A stretch of DNA of 48,556 nt, taken from an uncultured Cocleimonas sp. (GTDB lineage Bacteria > Pseudomonadota > Gammaproteobacteria > Thiotrichales > Thiotrichaceae). Below the pieces are notes generated by a model. It searched no databases, was not told the origin of the DNA, and saw nothing but the letters and a program-made list of their open reading frames with translations. The stretch is from contig CALJIH010000289.1 of assembly GCA_937974135.1 (NCBI GenBank), positions 1 to 48,556 on the forward strand, given 5' to 3'. Below are positions 19,389-29,638 of this stretch, one piece after another. Every line of letters begins with the position of its first letter. Position 1 is the first letter of the stretch. The position numbers and the translations under genes are program-made.

Positions 19389-20042
19389 ATGTCATCTAAA
19401 AAAATGTCACAAGCCCAAGCCGTACAAATCGAAAATTCAGAATCTCAAAATGTGAATCATTTTGAGCAACAGGCTGAACAACATTACCGTGCAGCGGCAT
19501 ACAGTATTTTAGCAGCGCTTTTAAGAGGAGTTCCATCTCAAGAAGCTCTCAACCAAATCTCGGAATTTTCTAAGGTTGAAGTTGATGAAGATGAATTATT
19601 ACTTTCAATGTCAAGTTTGGGCCTTGCGGCTCAATCCACTCAGTTAGATTCAATCGATGATGAATATCACTTGTTGTTTGTTGGCTTAGGAAGAGGTGAG
19701 TTAGTTCCTTATGGTTCTTGGTATCTAACCGGTTTTTTGATGGAACAGCCTTTGAGTATTTTAAGAGACGATCTTAAAACTCTTGGCTTCGAAAGAGATG
19801 AGAGTGTGGTAGAACCTGAAGATCATGTTGCAGCGATGTGCGAAATCATGATGATGTTGATTTCAGAAAATCAATCAAATTCAGTTGAAACACAATCAAT
19901 ATTTTTTGAAAAACACATAGCTCCATGGATGGAGCGATTTTTTAAAGATTTATCGGAAGCAGAGTCGGCAGTTTTTTACAGAGCGGTAGGGCGCTTTGGT
20001 TCGGCTTTCTTAGATTTTGAAAAGCAGTATTTAATGATTTAA
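19389..20042 (+). CDS. TorD/DmsD-family redox enzyme maturation chaperone
   Basis: PYGSWYL, EPEDH, HIAPW motifs. Confidence 0.9.
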   Translation: MSSKKMSQAQAVQIENSESQNVNHFEQQAEQHYRAAAYSILAALLRGVPSQEALNQISEFSKVEVDEDELLLSMSSLGLAAQSTQLDSIDDEYHLLFVGLGRGELVPYGSWYLTGFLMEQPLSILRDDLKTLGFERDESVVEPEDHVAAMCEIMMMLISENQSNSVETQSIFFEKHIAPWMERFFKDLSEAESAVFYRAVGRFGSAFLDFEKQYLMI

Positions 20043-20094
20043 ACAAAACACAGTTGAACAGATTAAAACGAAAAACAATTATGACAAGGAGTGA

Positions 20095-20298
20095 ATGATG
20101 AAAAAATATGCAGAAGCAAAAATTAGTCGTAGACAGTTTTTGAGCAGTGGTGCAGCTATTGGCGCTACAGCGGTAGCAGCGGTAGCAATTCCAAATGCAG
20201 CATTAGCCGAAGAAGTTCCTGTCGCTGAAAGCAAGAAAGAAGAAGGTTATCGACTCACACAACACATCGCTGATTATTACAAATCAGCATCAGTATAG
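20095..20298 (+). CDS. small Tat-exported FDH-associated protein
   Basis: SRRQFL Tat motif, C-terminal GYRLTQHIADYY. Confidence 0.85.
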   Translation: MMKKYAEAKISRRQFLSSGAAIGATAVAAVAIPNAALAEEVPVAESKKEEGYRLTQHIADYYKSASV

Positions 20299-20311
20299 GG
20301 AGGTTGCTAAG

Positions 20312-23233
20312 ATGAAACTTACAAAGAAGTCCAATCGCGTTATTGATCATGCGCCTAATCAGGTAATTGATAGTTCGCTTATAGATAAAGCAGGTACTGC
20401 TAAGAAAGCGGCTGGCGAAGCAATGTCTCGTCGTCAATTCTTACGTGGTTCTAGCTTAATGGCTGGTGGTGCTGCGTTAGCTACAGCTTTCACACCAGGT
20501 ATGATGAAGAAAGCAGAAGCTGCTGGATCAACAACAGGTGATATCAAACGCGTAAAAACCGTTTGTACGCATTGTTCTGTTGGTTGTGGTGTTATTGCAG
20601 AAGTTCAAAATGGAGTCTGGACAGGTCAAGAGCCGGCGCTAGATCATCCGTTTAATAAAGGGGCGCATTGTGCCAAAGGTGCATCGATTCGTGAACACGG
20701 TCATGGCGAGCGTCGTCTTAAGTACCCAACTAAATTAGTTGATGGTAAATGGAAGAAGGTTTCATGGGATCAAGCGATCAATGAAATCGGCGACAAGCTA
20801 CTAAGCATTCGTAAAGAGTCAGGTCCAGATTCAGTTTACTGGTTAGGTTCGGCGAAGCACAACAATGAGCAAGCATATCTATTCAGAAAGATGGCTGGTA
20901 TGTGGGGCACAAATAACGTTGACCATCAGGCACGTATTTGTCACTCAACAACAGTAGCTGGTGTTGCGAATACTTGGGGTTATGGTGCGATGACCAACTC
21001 CTATAATGATATTCACAATTCTAAGTCTATCTTATTAATTGGTTCTAACCCTTCTGAAGCTCATCCAGTTTCAATGCTTCATATCATGAAGGCCAAAGAA
21101 GAAAACAATGCACCGATAGTTGTTATCGATCCGCGCTTTACGCGTACCGCAGCTCATGCTGATCACTTCTTACAGATCCGACCTGGTACTGACGTACCCA
21201 TTATTTGGGGTATGTTGTATCACATCTTCAAAAACGGTTGGGAAGACAAAGGATTCATCCGTCAACGTGTATACGGTATGGAAGAAGTCATGCAAGAAGT
21301 GGCGAAATGGGATCCTGCCGAAGTTGAGCGTGTTACGGGTGTTAAAGAGCACCGCGTTAAAGCGGCAGCTAAAGCAATGGCCGATAACCGTCCTGGTACA
21401 TTTATCTGGTGTATGGGTGGTACGCAACATACGGTAGGTAACAACAATACTCGTGCTTACTGTACTTTCCAGTTGGCACTCGGAAACATGGGTGTATCTG
21501 GTGGTGGCGCTAACATCTTCCGTGGTCACGATAATGTGCAGGGTGCCACTGACTTAGGTGTACTAGCAAATACATTGCCTGGTTACTACGGTCTATCTGC
21601 TGGCTCATGGAAGCATTGGTCAAGAGTTTGGGACTTAGATTACGATTGGGTTAAAGGCCAATTTGATGATGGTTCTTATGAGAAGAAAGGCGACAAAGAT
21701 GTTCATGTTATGAACACCAAAGGAATGCCAGTTTCTCGTTGGATCGATGGTGTTCTAGAAGACAAAGACAATATTGCACAAAAAGACAATATTAAAGCCA
21801 TGTTCTTCTGGGGTCATGCTCCGAACTCACAAACACGTGGTACTGAGCAAAAGAAAGCGATGGAAAAACTGGATATGATGGTTGTCGTCGATCCATACCC
21901 AACTGCTTCCGCTGTTATGCAAGATCGTAAAGATGGTGTGTATTTATTACCAGCTGCTACTCAGCTAGAGACTTACGGTTCATGTACGGCTTCGAATCGT
22001 TCATTCCAGTGGCGTTCTAAAGTCATGGATCCGTTGTTTGAATCTCTACCTGATCATACGATTATGTATAAATTAGCGAAGAAAGTTGGAATCGCAGATC
22101 AGATGTTCAAGAACATTAAAGTAGAAAATGATGAGCCACATATAGAAGATATATTGCGTGAAATTAATCGTGGTATGTGGACAATCGGTTATACAGGTCA
22201 AAGCCCAGAGCGTTTGAAGAAGCAACAGGAAAACTGGGGCGACTTCGATTTCACAAGCTTGAAAGCTGAAGGTGGACAATGTGATGGTGAATTCTACGGA
22301 TTGCCATGGCCTTGTTGGGGTACTCCAGAAATGAAGCACCCTGGTACACCTAATCTTTATGATGGAAGTAAATCAGTTGCAGATGGAGGCTTAACTTTCC
22401 GCGCTAGATTCGGTGTGGAGCGTAATGGTACTAATTTGCTCGCTGAAGGTTTCCATTCGGTCGGTTCAGAAATCAAAGATGGCTATCCAGAATTTAAAGC
22501 TGATATGTTGAAGAAGCTTGGCTGGTGGGATGATTTGACCGACGAGGAGAAGACAGCCGCTGAAGGTAAAAACTGGAAGACAGATTTATCTGGCGGTATT
22601 CAAAGAGTGGCGATTAAACATGGTTGTGCGCCATTTGGTAATGCTAAGGCACGTGTTAATGTATGGACCTTCCCAGATCCAATACCAATACATCGTGAGC
22701 CTTTATACACGAGTCGTCGTGACTTAGTGGAGAAGTACCCAACCTATGAAGATCGTAAGTCGTTCTGGAGACTACCAACACGTTATGGATCAATCCAAGC
22801 GCAGGATTTCTCTAAAGAGTATCCAATGATTCTTTCTTCATTCCGTTTAGTAGAATATGAAGGTGGTGGTGACGAGAGTCGCTCAAATCCTTGGTTAGCT
22901 GAATTACAACAAGATATGTTTGTTGAAATAAATCCAAGAGACGCCAACAACGCAGGTATCAGAGATGGCAATATGGTTTGGATCGCAACACCTGAAGGTG
23001 CGAAGATCAAAGTTAAAGCCATGGTAACTCGACGAGTTGCAGCTGGAGTTGTGTCTGCGCCATATCACTTCGCCGGGCATATGCAGGGAGAGGATTTACG
23101 ATCCAAATACCCTAAGGGTTCAGATCCATTTGTACTTGGTGAAGCCTTAAATACCGCCATGACCTATGGTTATGATTCAGTCACCCAAATGCAGGAAAGT
23201 AAAGTCAGCCTGTGTAATATAACTAAAGCTTAG
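20312..23233 (+). CDS. fdhA: formate dehydrogenase alpha subunit (Mo/W-bisPGD, Cys ligand, Tat-exported)
   Basis: SRRQFL, CTHCSVGC..C Fe-S motif, HQARICHS active site (TGT Cys), RGHDNVQG. Confidence 0.95.
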   Translation: MKLTKKSNRVIDHAPNQVIDSSLIDKAGTAKKAAGEAMSRRQFLRGSSLMAGGAALATAFTPGMMKKAEAAGSTTGDIKRVKTVCTHCSVGCGVIAEVQNGVWTGQEPALDHPFNKGAHCAKGASIREHGHGERRLKYPTKLVDGKWKKVSWDQAINEIGDKLLSIRKESGPDSVYWLGSAKHNNEQAYLFRKMAGMWGTNNVDHQARICHSTTVAGVANTWGYGAMTNSYNDIHNSKSILLIGSNPSEAHPVSMLHIMKAKEENNAPIVVIDPRFTRTAAHADHFLQIRPGTDVPIIWGMLYHIFKNGWEDKGFIRQRVYGMEEVMQEVAKWDPAEVERVTGVKEHRVKAAAKAMADNRPGTFIWCMGGTQHTVGNNNTRAYCTFQLALGNMGVSGGGANIFRGHDNVQGATDLGVLANTLPGYYGLSAGSWKHWSRVWDLDYDWVKGQFDDGSYEKKGDKDVHVMNTKGMPVSRWIDGVLEDKDNIAQKDNIKAMFFWGHAPNSQTRGTEQKKAMEKLDMMVVVDPYPTASAVMQDRKDGVYLLPAATQLETYGSCTASNRSFQWRSKVMDPLFESLPDHTIMYKLAKKVGIADQMFKNIKVENDEPHIEDILREINRGMWTIGYTGQSPERLKKQQENWGDFDFTSLKAEGGQCDGEFYGLPWPCWGTPEMKHPGTPNLYDGSKSVADGGLTFRARFGVERNGTNLLAEGFHSVGSEIKDGYPEFKADMLKKLGWWDDLTDEEKTAAEGKNWKTDLSGGIQRVAIKHGCAPFGNAKARVNVWTFPDPIPIHREPLYTSRRDLVEKYPTYEDRKSFWRLPTRYGSIQAQDFSKEYPMILSSFRLVEYEGGGDESRSNPWLAELQQDMFVEINPRDANNAGIRDGNMVWIATPEGAKIKVKAMVTRRVAAGVVSAPYHFAGHMQGEDLRSKYPKGSDPFVLGEALNTAMTYGYDSVTQMQESKVSLCNITKA

Positions 23234-23246
23234 GAGGTAACATACT

Positions 23247-23867
23247 ATGGCTGCAAATGTAAAATTTTATTGCGATTCAGAACGTTGTATCGAATGTAAC
23301 GCTTGTGTTACCGCGTGTAAAAACGAGAATGAAGTGCCTTGGGGCATCAACCGTCGCCGTGTTGTAACGGTAAAAGATGGTGAGCCAGGTGAACGTTCAT
23401 TATCTGTTGCTTGTATGCATTGTACTGATGCACCTTGTGCTGCGGTTTGTCCTGTCGACTGTTTCTATACCACTGATAATGGCATCGTGCTTCACGATAA
23501 AGATATCTGTATTGGTTGTGGTTACTGTTCATACGCTTGTCCATTTGGCGCACCTCAGTTCCCAACTTCAGGTGCATTCTCATCACGTGGCAAGATGGAT
23601 AAATGTACATTCTGTGCAGGTGGTCCTGAAGAAACCGGTAGTGTTGATGAGTACAAGAAGTATGGTGCTAACCGTTTGGCTGAAGGTAAGTTACCGCTAT
23701 GTGCTGAAATGTGTGCAACTAAAGCACTTCTAGCAGGTGATGCGAATACGGTATCTGATATTTATCGTAAGCGTGTAATCAGTCGAAGCATGTCGACGTT
23801 GGCATCTAGTGGTGCGATTCAACAAAATGGCTTCAATCCTGATTTCTCAGGCAAAGTTACAAAGTAG
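23247..23867 (+). CDS. fdhB: formate dehydrogenase iron-sulfur beta subunit
   Basis: four 4Fe-4S Cys groups (CIECNAC, CMHC..C..CP, CIGCGYC..CP, KCTFC). Confidence 0.93.
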   Translation: MAANVKFYCDSERCIECNACVTACKNENEVPWGINRRRVVTVKDGEPGERSLSVACMHCTDAPCAAVCPVDCFYTTDNGIVLHDKDICIGCGYCSYACPFGAPQFPTSGAFSSRGKMDKCTFCAGGPEETGSVDEYKKYGANRLAEGKLPLCAEMCATKALLAGDANTVSDIYRKRVISRSMSTLASSGAIQQNGFNPDFSGKVTK

Positions 23868-24045
23868 AGATTAATTCTATTTTGTGAGATCTGCATACGA
23901 TGAATATTATTATTCGTCGTATGCTCACTCTAAGGATCCTTCCTCCTAGTAAGGATAAAATTCCCCTTTGCTTTTATCTGATTGAGTAAAGGGGAATGTT
24001 TTTAGAGTGTTTATACCTATTTGTAATAAGTGCTGAGGAAATATT

Positions 24046-25119
24046 ATGAATCAAATTAAGCAGTTTTTTCTTTTCGGTTTAGTAATTTTCTTATTTAACC
24101 TATCTCCCATCTCAATATCTAATGTTCATGCTGCTGATGGAGAAAAGGCAGGTCAGAACTTTTCACCATTAGGTGTCGAAAGTCCTGCAGCTGATTTATG
24201 GCGTGCAGTACGCCAGAGAAATCCTGAAGGTGGTGAAAACCTTGTTGGACGCTCTCAAGTCAAAGGTCCTAATGCCTCAACTCTGATTAACGTTGGTGGC
24301 CAAGAATGGCGAAACTGGCGTAATTCAAAACTTATTCCATATTCCATGTATGCCCTTGGAGGAATGCTGCTAGTGATTGTCTTATTTAGACTAATACGCG
24401 GAAAAATAAAAATTAAAGCGGGACGATCTGGCAAAAAAATTAAACGTTTTACCAATTTCCAACGCTTTGTTCACTGGACAGTTGCTATTTTATTTGTGAT
24501 CTTGGGAATTACTGGTGTGATTTTAACGTTAGGTCGTTACGGCTTATTACCATTAATAGGAAAAGAAGCTTTTGGTTTTATTGCCTATTACGGAAAGCTC
24601 TTACACAATTACTTAGGTCCAGTTTTCTCAGTGATGCTAGTTGTGATGTTATTTACCTTTATCAAAGGAAACATGTTTAATTGGACTGATATTAAATGGT
24701 TCCTAAAAGGTGGTGGCTTATTTGGTGGTCATGCTAGTGCAGGTCGCTATAACGGCGGTGAAAAAGCGTGGTATTGGATAGCTATGCTTGCAGGGATAGT
24801 TGTCGTTATCAGTGGGTTAATTCTTAATTTCCCTCAGCTGATTCCTATTTTGAATTTGAGTAGTGAGCAATTCCAACAAGCTCAGTTCTTACATGCCGTA
24901 GGTTCTATTGGGTTGTTTGTGGTTTCATTCGGTCATATTTACATGGGTACGTTTGCCATGGAAGGTGCATTTGAGGCTATGAGAACAGGTGAATGCGATT
25001 CGAATTGGGCGAAAGAACATCACGATATCTGGTACGAAGAATTACAAAGAGATGGTTCACTAACCATGAACGATACGGCGTCCAATCCATCTTCAAATGA
25101 AACGGCTCAAACAGCTTAG
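24046..25119 (+). CDS. fdhC: formate dehydrogenase gamma subunit (cytochrome b) with N-terminal periplasmic extension
   Basis: QRFVHW, LHNYLG, GRYNGGEK, LH..GHIYMG, WAKEHH. Confidence 0.92.
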   Translation: MNQIKQFFLFGLVIFLFNLSPISISNVHAADGEKAGQNFSPLGVESPAADLWRAVRQRNPEGGENLVGRSQVKGPNASTLINVGGQEWRNWRNSKLIPYSMYALGGMLLVIVLFRLIRGKIKIKAGRSGKKIKRFTNFQRFVHWTVAILFVILGITGVILTLGRYGLLPLIGKEAFGFIAYYGKLLHNYLGPVFSVMLVVMLFTFIKGNMFNWTDIKWFLKGGGLFGGHASAGRYNGGEKAWYWIAMLAGIVVVISGLILNFPQLIPILNLSSEQFQQAQFLHAVGSIGLFVVSFGHIYMGTFAMEGAFEAMRTGECDSNWAKEHHDIWYEELQRDGSLTMNDTASNPSSNETAQTA

Positions 25120-25219
25120 TTATTAGGCTGTTTGTTTTTTAATATTTTGTAAATACTTACACAAATACTGTCCTATACTAAATCATCGGACCCCTCTTTC
25201 TGTTTAACTCTAAAGCAGT

Positions 25220-25251
25220 AAAAACCCCTAAAAGTGGGGGGGTGTCTTTTT
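25220..25251 (+). repeat. REP-like short repeat copy (family A)
   Basis: AAAAACCCCTAAAAGTGGGGGGGTGTCTTTTT. Confidence 0.9.
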
Positions 25252-25348
25252 AGTCTATAAATCAATTATAAAACTGTGTTTTAAACACGGACTCTAAATC
25301 TTCAATAAAAATAATAATAGTAATAGCTAAATGAAAAGGAGCTTGCGA

Positions 25349-25828
25349 ATGCAAAAATCACTACATCTTGATCCCGCTAAATGTACGGGATGCCTACAAT
25401 GTGAGATGGCTTGTTCATATGAAAAACTAGGTGAATTCAATCCGTCTAGATCAGTTATCAAAGTATTTACCTTTCATGAAGAAGGTCGTTTTGCACCCTA
25501 TACCTGTACACAGTGTGATGAAGCTTGGTGTTTACGCGCTTGCCCCGTAGATGCAATCACAATGGACTTAACATCCGGTGCAAAAATTGTCATTGATGAT
25601 AAATGCGTGGGATGTAAGGTTTGTACAATTTCCTGTCCATTCGGCACAGTGAATTATGTACAAGAAACGGGCAAGGTCGCTAAATGTGATCTTTGTGGTG
25701 GGGATCCGGAATGTGCTAAAGCATGTCCTACCGATGCAATAACATGGATTGATGCTAATGCAACGGGATACGATCGAATGAAGGCTTTTGCAGAAAAGAG
25801 CCTTCCTAGCGCTAACACATCAGCATAA
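25349..25828 (+). CDS. aorA: aldehyde oxidoreductase iron-sulfur subunit
   Basis: four 4Fe-4S motifs; AGGAG RBS before the ATG at 25349; directly precedes the AOR gene. Confidence 0.85.
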   Translation: MQKSLHLDPAKCTGCLQCEMACSYEKLGEFNPSRSVIKVFTFHEEGRFAPYTCTQCDEAWCLRACPVDAITMDLTSGAKIVIDDKCVGCKVCTISCPFGTVNYVQETGKVAKCDLCGGDPECAKACPTDAITWIDANATGYDRMKAFAEKSLPSANTSA

Positions 25829-25840
25829 GGAGGAATAGTT

Positions 25841-27694
25841 ATGTCTTGGACAAGAAAAATATTACGCGTAAATTTAACTGAAGGCACCTGTACTCCAGAG
25901 CCTCTAAACATGGAATGGGCCAAACAATATTTGGGTCAACGTGGTTTAGCAACTAAATATCTAGTGGAAGAAACTGATCCTAATGTTGATGCCTTAAGCC
26001 CAGAAAACCTATTTATTATGGCGACAGGTCCGTTAACAGGAACAATGGCATCTACTGGTGGTCGTTATTCGGTTATCACTAAAAGCCCATTAACGGGCGC
26101 GATTGCTTGCTCAAATTCTGGTGGGTTTATCGGCAATGAGTTTAAAAATGCTGGCTTAGATATGATTATCTTTGAAGGCAAATCACCTTCGCCTGTTTAT
26201 TTATATATCGAAAACGATAAAGCTGAATTAAAACCAGCTGACGATCTTTGGGGTAAATCTGCTTGGGAAGCTGATGAGATGATTCATGCGAAGCATCAAG
26301 ATCCTAATATAAAGATCGCCGTTGTTGGTCGTCCTGCAGAAGAAGGTTGTTTGTATTCTGCGGTAATAAATGATTTACACAGAGCAGCAGGTCGTTCTGG
26401 TGTTGGTACTGTGATGGCATCGAAAAATCTTAAAGCTGTTGCTGTTCGTGGAACTTTAGGCGTTGGCGGTGTTGATCAACCTCAAGAGTTCTTCGAAGCG
26501 GTAAATGCGGGTAAAAAAGTATTGGCAGATAACGCCGTTACAGGTGAAGGTTTGCCTGCCTATGGTACCCAAGTATTGATGAATGTAATCAATGGTGTGG
26601 GTGGATTACCAGCAAGAAACATGCGAGATGTAGGTTTCGAAGGTGCTGAAAATATATCAGCGGAAGCAATGAATGAACCGCGCGCGAGTGATGGCAAACC
26701 AAACCTCACTACCAACGGCGCATGTTTTGGTTGTACGATTGCCTGTGGCCGAATTTCAACCGTGGATAAGACACACTTTTCTGTTAAAGATAAACCGCAA
26801 TATCATGGTGCTTCTGGCGGTTTAGAGTATGAAGCAGCTTGGTCTTTAGGTGCTGATACTGGTGTTGATGATCTTGACGCATTGACCTATGTAAACTTCA
26901 TTTGTAATGAAGATGGCTTAGACCCGATTAGTTTTGGTTGTACCGTAGCTGCAGCAATGGAGCTATACGAAGAAGGCCAGATTAGTAATGATGAAACAGG
27001 TGGTATTGATTTACGCTTTGGTTCTGCAGAAGCCTTAGTGGCTTGTGTTGAAGCAGTCGTTTCAGGGACTGACTTTGGTAAAACCTTGGGTATGGGTTCT
27101 AAGTTACTGTGTGAGAAATACGGCAAACCAGAATTATCTATGACGGTTAAAGGCCAAGAATTCCCTGCATACGATCCACGTGGTATCCAAGGTATTGGTT
27201 TAGCCTATGCAACCTCTAATCGAGGTGCCTGTCATTTACGTGGATATACGATTGCCTCTGAAATTCTAGGCATCCCTGTAAAAACAGAGCAAGCGGATTC
27301 AGATGGCAAACCTGAACTGGTTAAAGCCTTCCAAGATGCGACTGCAGTGGTTGATTCAGCTGGTTTGTGTGTATTCACAACGTTCGCTTGGGGTATGGAA
27401 GATATTGCACCTCAAATTGATGCCGCCTGTGAAGGCGATTGGAGCATTGATAAATGTTTAGAAGCGGGCGAGCGTATTTGGAATATGGAGCGTCAATACA
27501 ACAATGCGGCAGGTTTTACCGCTGATGACGATACTTTACCTAAACGTTTACTCAAAGAAGCAATCAAATCAGGTCCTACTGAAGGTCAAGTCAGTAAGCT
27601 TGGTGAAATGCTTCCTGTGTATTACGAAGTTCGTGGTTGGACACCGCAGGGTGTTCCGACAGCAGAAACCTTATCTCGTTTAGGACTGAGTTAA
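25841..27694 (+). CDS. aorB: tungsten-dependent aldehyde oxidoreductase catalytic subunit (AOR family)
   Basis: KSPLTG, AAGRSGVG..SKNLKA, CFGCTIAC, EYE, DGLD, RGACH. Confidence 0.95.
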   Translation: MSWTRKILRVNLTEGTCTPEPLNMEWAKQYLGQRGLATKYLVEETDPNVDALSPENLFIMATGPLTGTMASTGGRYSVITKSPLTGAIACSNSGGFIGNEFKNAGLDMIIFEGKSPSPVYLYIENDKAELKPADDLWGKSAWEADEMIHAKHQDPNIKIAVVGRPAEEGCLYSAVINDLHRAAGRSGVGTVMASKNLKAVAVRGTLGVGGVDQPQEFFEAVNAGKKVLADNAVTGEGLPAYGTQVLMNVINGVGGLPARNMRDVGFEGAENISAEAMNEPRASDGKPNLTTNGACFGCTIACGRISTVDKTHFSVKDKPQYHGASGGLEYEAAWSLGADTGVDDLDALTYVNFICNEDGLDPISFGCTVAAAMELYEEGQISNDETGGIDLRFGSAEALVACVEAVVSGTDFGKTLGMGSKLLCEKYGKPELSMTVKGQEFPAYDPRGIQGIGLAYATSNRGACHLRGYTIASEILGIPVKTEQADSDGKPELVKAFQDATAVVDSAGLCVFTTFAWGMEDIAPQIDAACEGDWSIDKCLEAGERIWNMERQYNNAAGFTADDDTLPKRLLKEAIKSGPTEGQVSKLGEMLPVYYEVRGWTPQGVPTAETLSRLGLS

Positions 27695-27717
27695 CAAGCG
27701 AAAAAGTAGGTTTTCTT

Positions 27718-28980
27718 ATGCATCATATTATTATCGGGGCAGGTCCTGGCGGTGTAGTAGCCGCCGAGACCATTCGTAAAACAAACCCTAACGATCAAAT
27801 AACCTTAATTGGAAACGAACCAGCGCCACCTTATTCACGGATGGCAATACCCTATTTGTTGGTTGATGATATTAAAGAAGAGGGTACTTTTTTACGTTCT
27901 TCTGATCATTATCATCAACAAAGTATCGAATATTTACAAGCAAACGTAACAGGTATAGATGCTGATGCAAAGACTTGCGAGTTATCTGATGGTAGCAGTT
28001 TGGCATACGACCAATTGTGTATTGCAACAGGCTCAACGCCGATTTCACCGCCCATTAATGGCATTGATTTACCCAATGTACACTCCTGTTGGACGCTTGA
28101 AGATGCGCGTCAAATACTTTCTTTAGCGAAACCACAATCGCGAGTTGTATTGATGGGAGCTGGTTTCATCGGCTGTATTATTTTGGAATCATTGGTTAAA
28201 CGTAAAGTGAATCTCAGTGTGATCGAAATGGGTAGTCGCATGGTACCTCGAATGTTGGATGAGAAAGCAGGGGGGTTACTCAAAAAATGGTGTGTAGACG
28301 ATGGTGTCGGTGTTTATACCAGTACTAAGGTAAATGCGATTGAAGAAGCAGATGATGGCATGAACGTTATTTTGGATAATGGTGCGAATATCAAGGCAGA
28401 TTTAGTCATTAGCGCCACGGGTGTTAAATCTAATACAACATTTGTCAAAGACTCTGGTTTAGATATTGATCATGGTATTTTGGTGAATAATAAGATGCAG
28501 ACCAATTTGCCAAATATTTACGCGGTTGGTGACGTTGCGCAAGGTATGGATTTTTCTACGGGTGAATATACGGTTCAAGCCATCCAACCCACAGCTACTG
28601 ATCATGGGCGAATCGCAGCATTGAATATGGCGGGTAAAAATGCTGAGCATAGCGGCTCATTGAATATGAATATTTTGGATACCTTAGGGCTAATATCTAC
28701 CTCCTACGGCCTGTGGATGGGTGTTGAAGGTGGTGATACTGCTGAAATATATACTCCAGAACTATTCAAATATATGAACCTCAGGTTTGGTATTAACGAT
28801 GAAGCGGATGTTCTTGTCGGTGCTACAACCATTGGTATGACAGAACATGTGGGTGTCTTACGCGGATTAATTGAATCTAAAGTTCATTTGGGGCACTGGA
28901 AGCAACGTCTGATTGATGATCCTATGCGTATTATGGATGCATATGTTGCGTCCACCCAAGAACTGGATAACGTGGTTTAA
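27718..28980 (+). CDS. aorC: FAD/NAD-dependent oxidoreductase subunit of AOR
   Basis: IIGAGPGG, ATG, GAGFIG, IYAVGD motifs; ATG at 27718. Confidence 0.85.
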   Translation: MHHIIIGAGPGGVVAAETIRKTNPNDQITLIGNEPAPPYSRMAIPYLLVDDIKEEGTFLRSSDHYHQQSIEYLQANVTGIDADAKTCELSDGSSLAYDQLCIATGSTPISPPINGIDLPNVHSCWTLEDARQILSLAKPQSRVVLMGAGFIGCIILESLVKRKVNLSVIEMGSRMVPRMLDEKAGGLLKKWCVDDGVGVYTSTKVNAIEEADDGMNVILDNGANIKADLVISATGVKSNTTFVKDSGLDIDHGILVNNKMQTNLPNIYAVGDVAQGMDFSTGEYTVQAIQPTATDHGRIAALNMAGKNAEHSGSLNMNILDTLGLISTSYGLWMGVEGGDTAEIYTPELFKYMNLRFGINDEADVLVGATTIGMTEHVGVLRGLIESKVHLGHWKQRLIDDPMRIMDAYVASTQELDNVV

Positions 28981-29000
28981 TTTAACGCTAAAGTAGATTT

Positions 29001-29031
29001 AAAAAAGACACCCCCCTACTTTTAGGGGTTT
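29001..29031 (-). repeat. REP-like short repeat copy (family A), reverse orientation
   Basis: AAAAAAGACACCCCCCTACTTTTAGGGGTTT on the + strand. Confidence 0.9.
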
Positions 29032-29062
29032 AAGATAATCCAAACAATTACCAAATTCTAAT

Positions 29063-29311
29063 ATGAAGATGCACTTAGAACTCTATGCCTCACTGATGCA
29101 CTTACTACCGCCAGGCACTTCTAGGCACAAACGTGAAATTAAAGTCGCTGAAGGGACCTCGGTTCAAGATATTATCGACGAATACAACATTCCCTTAGAA
29201 ATGGCTCATATCGTTTTGGTTAATGGTAAATTTGTTTGTGAAGATAGAACGCAACATATCTTAGAAGAACAGGATGTACTCTCTATTTGGCCACCAGTAG
29301 CTGGTGGATGA
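29063..29311 (+). CDS. MoaD/ThiS-family sulfur carrier (AorD-like)
   Basis: 82 aa, VLVNG, C-terminal WPPVAGG. Confidence 0.9.
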   Translation: MKMHLELYASLMHLLPPGTSRHKREIKVAEGTSVQDIIDEYNIPLEMAHIVLVNGKFVCEDRTQHILEEQDVLSIWPPVAGG

Positions 29312-29616
29312 CATTGAACAAGCGTGTTTACGAAATGGGCTATACGCCTTTAGAGTTTAGAAAAGCTTTATTAGGACAATTTGATTCAAATACGAATTTT
29401 TCGATCAAAGAAATTGGAACGGATTCTTGGTCGATCGAAGATATAGATGAATCTATCTATATTGAAGTTAGCATCGTCGTAGGCACTCCGCGAAAAATAG
29501 CCTTATTAACGCTGCCTGTATTGAATACAGAGTTTATTTTTAAACAGATAACAGAAATACAAGAAAAAGAATTTATGAAAACATTCTTTAAATATTTTCA
29601 TAAAGGCGGTGGTTGA
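29308..29616 (+). CDS. small hypothetical protein ending in GGG (AorE-like)
   Basis: ATGA overlap with the upstream gene; EMGYT..EF N-terminus, YFHKGGG C-terminus. Confidence 0.7.
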   Translation: MTLNKRVYEMGYTPLEFRKALLGQFDSNTNFSIKEIGTDSWSIEDIDESIYIEVSIVVGTPRKIALLTLPVLNTEFIFKQITEIQEKEFMKTFFKYFHKGGG

Positions 29617-29638
29617 CCTCTTACGTTACAATCAACTT

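Noticed and set aside
20930-20950. Selenocysteine in FdhA
   Set aside because: The active-site codon is TGT (ARICH); there is no in-frame TGA.
25120-25348. sigma54 promoter for the aor operon
   Set aside because: No TGGCAC/TTGC-like GG-N10-GC site found on the + strand.
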